From a virus, in IMG/VR virus record IMGVR_UViG_3300043436_003324: a DNA stretch of 64,000 bases; one strand, 5' to 3'. Positions 56,252 to 64,000 of this stretch are shown one piece after another. Numbering within the stretch: position 1 is the first letter of the stretch; every line of letters starts with the position of its first letter. The notes beneath the pieces are model-generated. The model saw nothing but the letters and a program-made list of their open reading frames with translations, had not been told where the DNA came from and did no database searches. Made by a program: the position numbers and the translations under genes.

Positions 56252-58132
56252 ATGGGAGCATTATTAGAATCAGGTCTTGTTGGTAATATTGGGTTAAAAC
56301 ACCTTAAAGTTATCAAAGAAGACACAATTAACAAATGGGATAGATTAGGATTCCTTGAAGGCCTTAAAGGTCACCTAAAAGAAAACGTAGCACAGTTATA
56401 TGAAAACCAAGCTTCTTTCTTGATTAACGAATCAACTTCTGAAACTTCTAACGGAGCGTTCGAAACTGTTGTTTTCCCTATCGTAAGAAGAGTTTTCTCT
56501 AAATTGTTAGCGAATGATATCGTATCAGTACAAGCAATGAACTTACCAATCGGTAAATTGTTCTTCTTTGTACCTCGTATACAAGGATATAACACAGAAG
56601 CTGGAGCTACCAATCCAGGAGGACAACACTACTCTCCAATTGGTTCTCCACAAGCAATTGATGACGGAACTAATAATCCTAACCAAGGATATCCAGGTGG
56701 ACCAGGAACATCATACACTAAAAATCTTTATGATTTATTTTATGAAGGTAATGAGGCAGGATTAGATCCTCCAGGATTGTTTGATTACTCAAAAGGTCAA
56801 TGGACTGCGGTAACTCAACCGGCTATTGCTATGGTATGGTCAGGTTCAAACTTAGTTTCGGCAAGTACCCAATTTGATAATGTAAATACAAGAAAAATGA
56901 TTATTAAACTTTGTGGATTTAATAACGCAGGTGTTGGTAAATTAATCGGACCTGATGGTAACGAAATCGATACTGAAACTTTCCTTTCAGATCTTAAAAT
57001 AACTGCCGATTTAGATGTATTAACAGGAACTACAGGTTGTCCTAATTTAGATCCTGCCGTTGCAGGTTCAACTTTATCCGCACCATTATTATTTAGAGTT
57101 GTTACTCAAATTTATGGTAAAGGTATTGTACAACCTACATCAACTAACGCACCTACAACATTCCCAGGAACTGGTAATGGTGGAAATTACAATGACATCT
57201 GTTCACAAGATGGTTGTATATTTTTAGAAGTTGACCTTTCTTGTCCAGCATGTGTTGAATGTTCAGAGATTACATTAGATGGTTACACAGGAACTACAAT
57301 TGGAGGATTTTCGGCTAATACTGCGGTTTTAGGATCATCTCCATTCGTAGCGGTTTATAAAAGATATAAAAGTTTAGAATTTGAAGATCAAATTGGTGAA
57401 GTTTCTTTTGACCTTGAGTCAGTTACAGTATCTGTTACAGAAAGAAAACTAAGAGCACAATGGTCTCCTGAATTAGCACAAGACGTTGCTGCATTCCATA
57501 ACATCGACGCTGAGGCTGAATTGACGGCATTGTTGTCAGAACAAGTTGCGGCTGAGATCGACCGTGAAATTTTACGTGACTTACGTAAAGGAGCGGCTTG
57601 GAACCTACGTTGGGATTACAACGGATGGAGAAGATTGAGTTTAACAACTTCTTATACTCAAAAAGATTGGAACCAAACTTTGATCACTGCGATCAATCAG
57701 TTGTCAGCACAAATCCACAAATCTACTTTAAGAGGTGGAGCTAACTGGATCGTTGTTTCTTCTGAGGTTTCTGCAATCTTTGATGACTTAGAATACTTCC
57801 ACGTATCTAACGCATCTCCTGAGCAAGATCAGTATAACATGGGTATTGAGAGAGTTGGTACTTTGTCAGGACGTTACCAAGTTTACCGTGATCCTTACTT
57901 CCCACCAAACACAATTTTGATTGGACACAAAGGAACATCATTGTTAGACACAGGTTACATCTACGCACCGTACGTACCTCTACAATTAACACCTACAATG
58001 TACAATCCATTCAACTTTACACCTATCAAAGGTATTATGACAAGATACGCTAAGAAAATGGTTAACAACCGTTTCTACGCAAGAGTCACAGTTGATGGAG
58101 TTAGAACATTTGACTTAAGAGAATTGAGATAA
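56252..58132 (+). CDS. major capsid protein (T4 gp23-like)
   Basis: VQAMNLPIGKLF, RKLRAQWSPELAQD..AFHNIDAEAEL, YAPYVPL, GIMTRYA. Confidence 0.95.
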   Translation: MGALLESGLVGNIGLKHLKVIKEDTINKWDRLGFLEGLKGHLKENVAQLYENQASFLINESTSETSNGAFETVVFPIVRRVFSKLLANDIVSVQAMNLPIGKLFFFVPRIQGYNTEAGATNPGGQHYSPIGSPQAIDDGTNNPNQGYPGGPGTSYTKNLYDLFYEGNEAGLDPPGLFDYSKGQWTAVTQPAIAMVWSGSNLVSASTQFDNVNTRKMIIKLCGFNNAGVGKLIGPDGNEIDTETFLSDLKITADLDVLTGTTGCPNLDPAVAGSTLSAPLLFRVVTQIYGKGIVQPTSTNAPTTFPGTGNGGNYNDICSQDGCIFLEVDLSCPACVECSEITLDGYTGTTIGGFSANTAVLGSSPFVAVYKRYKSLEFEDQIGEVSFDLESVTVSVTERKLRAQWSPELAQDVAAFHNIDAEAELTALLSEQVAAEIDREILRDLRKGAAWNLRWDYNGWRRLSLTTSYTQKDWNQTLITAINQLSAQIHKSTLRGGANWIVVSSEVSAIFDDLEYFHVSNASPEQDQYNMGIERVGTLSGRYQVYRDPYFPPNTILIGHKGTSLLDTGYIYAPYVPLQLTPTMYNPFNFTPIKGIMTRYAKKMVNNRFYARVTVDGVRTFDLRELR

Positions 58133-58152
58133 TCAATTAAACTGAATAAGAG

Positions 58153-58182
58153 AAAAGGAGATAAGAAATTATCTCCTTTTTT
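58153..58182 (+). terminator. intrinsic terminator after the capsid gene
   Basis: AAAAGGAGATAA-GAAA-TTATCTCCTTTT. Confidence 0.8.
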
Positions 58183-58278
58183 GTTATGGGCTAATTTATA
58201 ACACCATTATGCTCGACCGATCAAATTAATATCTAACACTAAATAATTTCATAAGTATTTATTAGTAAATGATATCTT

Positions 58279-60348
58279 ATGAAAAATTCTCTACTTATTT
58301 TTTTTCTTATACTAACAAGTTTTTTTGTTAGATCACAAGTAAGTTCTTACACATTTGGAACATCAACAGGGACATACACACCAATAGTTGGGGGTAGTAA
58401 TTATGATAATTTTACAAGTTGGTCAAATACAAACTTTTTAGATGATAATAGTTCATCAGTATTAGAATCAATCGGATTTAACTTTGTTTATAATGGAACA
58501 ACGTATACCCAATTTGGGGTTAACACTAATGGATTTATAACATTAGGGTCATTACCAACTAGTAGTTATTCTCCATTATCAACAGGAACTTCAAATAATG
58601 TTATATCTGCAATGGGTAATGACATAATAGGTCGTGGGTCGTTATTGGCGAATAGAACTTCAGGTGGTGCGGTTATTACAATAACTGGTGGCGATATAAG
58701 TCAAATATTGGTTGGGGATAAAGTTAGTGGTACGGGTATTCCTGCAGGTGCCACAGTATTATCTAAAACCGCAACAACTGTCACAATTTCTGCAAATGCA
58801 ACAAGTGCGGGTACTGGGTTTCATTTTAGATTTAGTAGGTCAACATTTGGTATCAGATTTCAAACAATAGGAACATCCCCTAATAGGACGTTAGTTGTAC
58901 AATGGACAGGTTGGCAAAGATACACCACATCGGGTGGTTTTGGGGAGTTATATAACTTTCAGATAAGATTAAATGAGACGACTAACACAATTAATACTGT
59001 CTATAATATACAAGGACCAACAAGTGCCACCGCAAGGACGTTTGAGGTAGGTTTAAGAGGGTCCTCAAACACTGATTTTAATAATAGAACAACCACAACA
59101 AATTGGGCATCAACAACCGCAGGTACTTTAAATAGTTCAAGTGTAACACTTTCAAGTACAGTTAAACCAACTTCAGGATTAATATATACGTGGACACCAC
59201 CCGTTATTCCCGTTTGTTCAGGAACACCAAACCCAGGAAACACACTTTCTTCTTCATTAACAACGTCACCAAACGGAACCGTAAATCTCTCACTACAAAA
59301 CACTACAACAGGTACGGGAGTAACTTATCAGTGGCAGAGTAGTCCAGATAATTCAACATGGACAAACTTTGGAACGTCATCCTCTACCCAAACATCACCA
59401 CCAATCACTTCACCTACTTGGTTTAGATCTACCGTCACTTGTTCAGGAAATAGTGGAATATCAACACCTATTCAAATAACATTATCATATTGTACATATA
59501 ACATAACTAATAATGACCCTACAGGTATTACTTCTGTAACGTTTGGTACAATATCAAATACAAGTATTGGTGGTCCGGCCTACAGTGATTTTACCTCACA
59601 ATCAACTACCGTAGAACAGGGTGGTATTTATCAATTAAATGTTAATGTAAACACAGATGGTAATTGGACAGTAAATACAAAGGTTTGGATAGATTGGAAC
59701 CAAAATTACATATTTGAAGTAGGAGAAGAGTATTCTTTGGGTAGTGCAATAAACACCGCTAATGGAATTACATCATTATCCCCTTTAAATATAACAGTAC
59801 CAAGCGGAGCAACTTTAGGAGAAACTAGAATGAGAATAGTATCAGTTGAAGCAAGTAATCCTGCACCATTATCGTGCGGTACACAACTTTATGGTGAGGC
59901 TGAGGATTATAAACTATTAATAACACCACCAACAAGTCTTCCTGTAGAGTTAATATATTTTGAAGGTTTTGGTTATCAATATTATAACACTTTAAAGTGG
60001 TCAACTGCGTCGGAATATAACTCAGATTACTTTTCACTTGAAAGAAGTGTGAATGGTGAACAATGGGATTATGTTGGAGCCACAAAAGCAACGGGAAATA
60101 GTACACAAGTGGTTAATTACCTATATGTGGATAATTTTAGATTTAATGGGTTTATTTATTACAAATTAAATCAGTTTGATTTTGATGGTAATTTTAAAGT
60201 GTACGGTCCAATATCAATTAATAATACACACACAAATAAAAAGGTAGTTAAGTATATTAATATATTGGGTCAAGAAGTAAGTTCAGAAACAAACGGGTTT
60301 ATTTTTGAGGTCTATGAAGACGGTACAACTAAAAGAATAATTAGATAA
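58279..60348 (+). CDS. secreted beta-rich protein with GEVED domain and T9SS-like C-terminal domain
   Basis: signal peptide ending VRSQ; VWIDWNQN..YGEAEDY (GEVED); LPVELIYF; KYINILGQEV..YEDGTTKRII. Confidence 0.75.
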   Translation: MKNSLLIFFLILTSFFVRSQVSSYTFGTSTGTYTPIVGGSNYDNFTSWSNTNFLDDNSSSVLESIGFNFVYNGTTYTQFGVNTNGFITLGSLPTSSYSPLSTGTSNNVISAMGNDIIGRGSLLANRTSGGAVITITGGDISQILVGDKVSGTGIPAGATVLSKTATTVTISANATSAGTGFHFRFSRSTFGIRFQTIGTSPNRTLVVQWTGWQRYTTSGGFGELYNFQIRLNETTNTINTVYNIQGPTSATARTFEVGLRGSSNTDFNNRTTTTNWASTTAGTLNSSSVTLSSTVKPTSGLIYTWTPPVIPVCSGTPNPGNTLSSSLTTSPNGTVNLSLQNTTTGTGVTYQWQSSPDNSTWTNFGTSSSTQTSPPITSPTWFRSTVTCSGNSGISTPIQITLSYCTYNITNNDPTGITSVTFGTISNTSIGGPAYSDFTSQSTTVEQGGIYQLNVNVNTDGNWTVNTKVWIDWNQNYIFEVGEEYSLGSAINTANGITSLSPLNITVPSGATLGETRMRIVSVEASNPAPLSCGTQLYGEAEDYKLLITPPTSLPVELIYFEGFGYQYYNTLKWSTASEYNSDYFSLERSVNGEQWDYVGATKATGNSTQVVNYLYVDNFRFNGFIYYKLNQFDFDGNFKVYGPISINNTHTNKKVVKYINILGQEVSSETNGFIFEVYEDGTTKRIIR

Positions 60349-60351
60349 AAA

Positions 60352-60579
60352 TTATTCTTCGGGGGAATTGTTTTTAGATAGTATTCTGATAGCTTTAGAT
60401 AATACTTCTGTTTCTCCAATAGAGAAAGATCCTCTATTATAGGATGATTTTACCGACTCAATTAAGTAGTATAATGCGTATTCTTTATCCATTGTAGATA
60501 ACATTACTTCTAAATGTTCTTCAGACAAAAGAGTTATATTATCAAAAAGTACCCCAAAGTTTTTATTTTCTTGTTCCAT
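60352..60579 (-). CDS. small hypothetical protein
   Basis: 75 aa. Confidence 0.55.
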   Translation of the reverse strand: MEQENKNFGVLFDNITLLSEEHLEVMLSTMDKEYALYYLIESVKSSYNRGSFSIGETEVLSKAIRILSKNNSPEE

Positions 60580-60607
60580 AATTATTAAATGTGATATTTA
60601 TATAATA

Positions 60608-61297
60608 ATGAATATAAAAGACATTGTAAATAAAATTATTAAAGAGGCTTTATCAGAGAGTGATTATAGTAATACTATAAATCAAACTTCAGGTAGAGGT
60701 AAAAAAATTGTTCCAATAAAGGAGTCAGATACCACAATTACTGCGGGTCAGTATAATGGACCAATTGAAATTGGGTTAAGGAAGTGGAAAACTCACCATT
60801 TAGCTCCGTTTACATATGAATTAGATCACGAGGTAAATCACCTTAGCAAACAAAAAACACTTAAAAATAACATTAAACGTGTTGTTGGTATGTGGGACAA
60901 AAATAAAGATAATTCTTATGAATATGAAGTATATGATGCCCACACAATTTCTGAAGATCTTGCCGTTTGGTTTGGTAAAAAGAAAAAACCAAAAGGATCA
61001 AAACAACCAAAAGGACCGTGGGTTGATATTTGTCGTAAGGTTGATGGTAAACACCCACCTTGTGGTAGACCTGACACAAATAAAGGATCTTACCCTAAAT
61101 GTAGAGCGGCTGGAGTTGCTGGTAAAATGAGTGATTCACAAAAAAGATCCGCATGTCAACAAAAAAGAACCGCCGAGAAAAAAGACACACAAACAGGAAA
61201 AGGACAAAAACCTATTATGACATCATACAAAACTAAAAAAGAATCCGTAGATTCTTTGGTTGATAACATTTTAATCGAAATTAGAAACTCGTTCTAA
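60608..61297 (+). CDS. protein with Cys/basic C-terminal domain (DUF5872-like)
   Basis: WVDICRK....PPCGR.....YPKCRA. Confidence 0.5.
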   Translation: MNIKDIVNKIIKEALSESDYSNTINQTSGRGKKIVPIKESDTTITAGQYNGPIEIGLRKWKTHHLAPFTYELDHEVNHLSKQKTLKNNIKRVVGMWDKNKDNSYEYEVYDAHTISEDLAVWFGKKKKPKGSKQPKGPWVDICRKVDGKHPPCGRPDTNKGSYPKCRAAGVAGKMSDSQKRSACQQKRTAEKKDTQTGKGQKPIMTSYKTKKESVDSLVDNILIEIRNSF

Positions 61298-61699
61298 GAT
61301 ATTATGTAGAGAGTTAGTAATCTGTGAATTAACGTCAATTTCATACTTAAGTCTTCTCTTATCTGCCTCAAGATCAAAAATATATGTTAATCTTTCCCAA
61401 TCCCTTTCATGTAATTTAACATTATAATTATAAACGTGATTAGTGATTTCAACTCTACGATCTGTCATTGTTACAAAAATTTTCATATCGTCATTTTTAA
61501 GATAACGTTTATCAGACATTGGGGCTATCATAAATTCTGTATCGCTATGTTGTATTATTTTAAGACATATTTTAAAACAAGTCTTTTCATATGATAGGGT
61601 TTCATCTTGATAAGTTGGTATAATACTTGAAGATTTTTTTGACCAAATGTAAAATTTAATTTTTAATCTATTGAAGAATCTTTTTATTCTGGTTTTCAT
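61271..61699 (-). CDS. hypothetical protein
   Basis: likely start MKTRIKRFF downstream of a TATATTTG promoter. Confidence 0.5.
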   Translation of the reverse strand: MKTRIKRFFNRLKIKFYIWSKKSSSIIPTYQDETLSYEKTCFKICLKIIQHSDTEFMIAPMSDKRYLKNDDMKIFVTMTDRRVEITNHVYNYNVKLHERDWERLTYIFDLEADKRRLKYEIDVNSQITNSLHNILERVSNFD

Positions 61700-61767
61700 A
61701 TCTATATAATGTTTGTATCTACAAATATACATAAATTATTTGAATAAAAAATATTTTTAAAAAATTT

Positions 61768-62229
61768 TTAACAGTAAGCTCCTGAACAATGTCTTTTACC
61801 ATCAAGACCTTTAATCTTACCTTTACATACTTGAACAGCGTGTCCGTTCGAATATGCGGAGGGATACACGTCATATTTTGCCTTTGCTGATGCCTTACCT
61901 CTTGCACAAAGAGGCGTTCCTGTTTTTTTTCTACCTTCCGCCATAACCATATCTTTATCATTCATAGACATTCCCATACCGTCTCTTTCCGTCTCATTCA
62001 TTAAAAAATCAAAAACTTGATCCATATTGTTTTTTGCTTCAGAAATATGATCTTGAGCCCAATCGTGACCGTTTTCTAAAATAGATTCAACCATTTCTTC
62101 GTCTAAATCAAGTAACAAATCACATTGTCTTCTCATTTGTTCTAAGTTAGAAAAAAACATATATCTTCCAGACCTATGTTCCTCTTCTTCTCTTAAAACT
62201 TTTTTTATAATTCTGTCTAAATTTCTCAT
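61768..62229 (-). CDS. protein with DUF5872-like C-terminal domain
   Basis: AKAKYDVYPSAYSNGHAVQVCKG. Confidence 0.55.
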   Translation of the reverse strand: MRNLDRIIKKVLREEEEHRSGRYMFFSNLEQMRRQCDLLLDLDEEMVESILENGHDWAQDHISEAKNNMDQVFDFLMNETERDGMGMSMNDKDMVMAEGRKKTGTPLCARGKASAKAKYDVYPSAYSNGHAVQVCKGKIKGLDGKRHCSGAYC

Positions 62230-62233
62230 AAAT

Positions 62234-62617
62234 TTAATTATTTAATCCGTTTTGACCACCTAAAGTGATTGCATTTAATTGTGTGACTTCTGTACCGTAA
62301 TTGTCAGTCCAAACTGGATGAGGGGATGGAACGCTTGTCACGGTGTTTCCTGATGGACCACAAATCTCAATACAAATATTCTCTTCTGTGTTTGCACTTC
62401 TTGGTATATCAATAATACATTCATGACAATTATCATATAGGGTCATTGCCGAATATGTTGTTGGTGAAGCGGTACCAGATATTACGGTACCACAAATAGT
62501 TTCTCCTGTTAGTCCATCACTAAATGAATATGTTTCTCCTGTTGTGGGTATAACCGCACCAAAATCGACTATAAAAGTATTTAATGATGAACATTGTTCT
62601 AATGTATAATTTGCCAT
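62234..62617 (-). CDS. Cys/Thr-rich hypothetical structural protein
   Basis: 127 aa; TATTTAT upstream on the minus strand. Confidence 0.5.
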   Translation of the reverse strand: MANYTLEQCSSLNTFIVDFGAVIPTTGETYSFSDGLTGETICGTVISGTASPTTYSAMTLYDNCHECIIDIPRSANTEENICIEICGPSGNTVTSVPSPHPVWTDNYGTEVTQLNAITLGGQNGLNN

Positions 62618-62638
62618 ATCTTTATTTAATAAATATCT

Positions 62639-64000
62639 TTATTTTTTATTTACGATCTGAAATTTAATTTGTTTCTTATAAGTATTTATCTCACCAGAAG
62701 AAATTACTTTTAAATCAATAAAATATTCATTTGGTATCTTATCTCTTGTGTCAAAAATAAAGTAGTATTCATTTGGGGTCTTATTTATTTTTGTCCAATC
62801 TTGAACTTGTACCTCAGTTGTTCCTTCTTTTACATAAACTCTATAAAACACATCAACATTTGGTAATTGTTTATTAGTGGTATATGCTTGTTTAACAATA
62901 ACACCAACTTTTCTAATGTCGGTATTTAAGATCATTTCATCTTGTTTAATTCCATAATAATCAAATCCATATAAAGAAGGATTGTTTGTTGACGTTCCTA
63001 TCTGTATTGATTTTTGTAATGGATATATTGTAAAGTCATTATATATGTCAGGTAAAGAAAAACCATTTAATTTAACATTTGACCATGTGTCGTTAAAGGT
63101 ACAAGGGGTTTTATAACCAATTAAAGGTGGTATAATAACTTCATAAACACCTTTTGTTTTTTGACAAGAACTAATATTGATTAACCCCGGAATTGGGGAT
63201 CCGCTTGAGTCACTTATTGTAACTGACGGTGGTTGGTCTAAGTTTTGAAAATCCCCATCCTCAAACACGTAAAGATAAAGTTTATTTATTTTACCAAGAG
63301 TAAAATTATTTCTATCATCATCTATAAGATCGTCATAGTTTGTTTCTAAAAACGGTTCGTAAAAAGTTTGAGTGTGTCTTGAAAAGAATCCAACAGAATA
63401 TGATCCTGTTGTCCCTGTTAAATTTTCAACCTGTGGTAAAAACGCAATACCCCAACCAACAGGATTTAACGTATCTCCTTTAAGAATACCTTCAATTTCT
63501 TCTGTCATATCAAACTCAATATTCTCATCACCAAATTCAAAGTGTTGGATGTCAACAATTGTTATTGCTGAATAGTTAACTCCTGTACCTGTAGATGTAT
63601 TTAAATTATTGTAAATTCCGGAATTTCCCCAAAAATCTATAGTTGTTGTTTGATACCAATTTGATGGTCTATCTGAAAAGTTTTTATCGTTAGGTACTGT
63701 AGATATAATATTAGCGTAGTCGTAACCAACCCCTTCGTCCCAAATTTGAGGTTTATCAGGATCCAAATCAAAATATGGTATCCTAAAAAGAATTAAATCG
63801 AATGATGTTGCTCTTAATCTACCTTCAGAATTCTTTTCATTTAAAAATTCTTTATTAAAGAATGATGTATTTACCATTCTTAACGTATGTTTAATGTTAT
63901 TATTATCACACAAAGGATTTATAATCCCATCGTTATATTTTTCTTTAAGTAGAGTTAAATCCAAATCAAATATAAATCTACTAAACCCCCTTGGGTTTAA
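62639..64000 (-). CDS. hypothetical structural protein, 5' end outside the window
   Basis: frame remains open to the window edge. Confidence 0.55.
   Translation of the reverse strand, partial: LNPRGFSRFIFDLDLTLLKEKYNDGIINPLCDNNNIKHTLRMVNTSFFNKEFLNEKNSEGRLRATSFDLILFRIPYFDLDPDKPQIWDEGVGYDYANIISTVPNDKNFSDRPSNWYQTTTIDFWGNSGIYNNLNTSTGTGVNYSAITIVDIQHFEFGDENIEFDMTEEIEGILKGDTLNPVGWGIAFLPQVENLTGTTGSYSVGFFSRHTQTFYEPFLETNYDDLIDDDRNNFTLGKINKLYLYVFEDGDFQNLDQPPSVTISDSSGSPIPGLINISSCQKTKGVYEVIIPPLIGYKTPCTFNDTWSNVKLNGFSLPDIYNDFTIYPLQKSIQIGTSTNNPSLYGFDYYGIKQDEMILNTDIRKVGVIVKQAYTTNKQLPNVDVFYRVYVKEGTTEVQVQDWTKINKTPNEYYFIFDTRDKIPNEYFIDLKVISSGEINTYKKQIKFQIVNKK

Noticed and set aside
56252-58132. Intein in the capsid, terminase or Clp genes
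   Set aside because: No C/S-start, HN-C/S/T-end splice motifs or LAGLIDADG blocks were seen.

Overview
A 64-kb piece of a large, AT-rich T4-like jumbo phage genome. The host is very probably Bacteroidota, based on recurring TAnnTTTG -7 promoters with an upstream TTTG, SD-less A-rich leaders, signal peptides cleaved before Gln, a T9SS-type cargo and a Bacteroidota-like bS21 and tmRNA. From left to right the window holds: small and large probable virion proteins (0.3-12 kb); three glycosyltransferases (12.3-15.3 kb); a roughly 7-kb array of 26 canonical tRNAs covering all 20 amino acids, interleaved with tRNA-like and hairpin RNAs, an HNH endonuclease, a YkuK RNase H-like gene and an ArfA-like peptide (15.7-22.8 kb); a lysis region containing two histidine kinases, a receiver protein, a GH19 endolysin, a small holin and a TM-GAF protein (23.8-33.6 kb); a roughly 870-nt ornate ncRNA (GOLLD-like) and a tmRNA with a long tag (34-36.5 kb); a peptidase, a ClpC-like ATPase, UVR, KTSC and nucleotidyltransferase genes (37.7-43.8 kb); and the head module (terminase, portal, bS21, prohead protease, scaffold, major capsid) followed by a T9SS-type secreted protein. 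The most striking observation is that each half of the tRNA array is preceded by a short leader peptide and an intrinsic terminator, and each leader's codons match the tRNAs downstream of it. This suggests tRNA-depletion-sensing attenuators. The second standout is a two-component system embedded in the lysis cassette. All family calls come from motif recognition by eye; no database searches were run.
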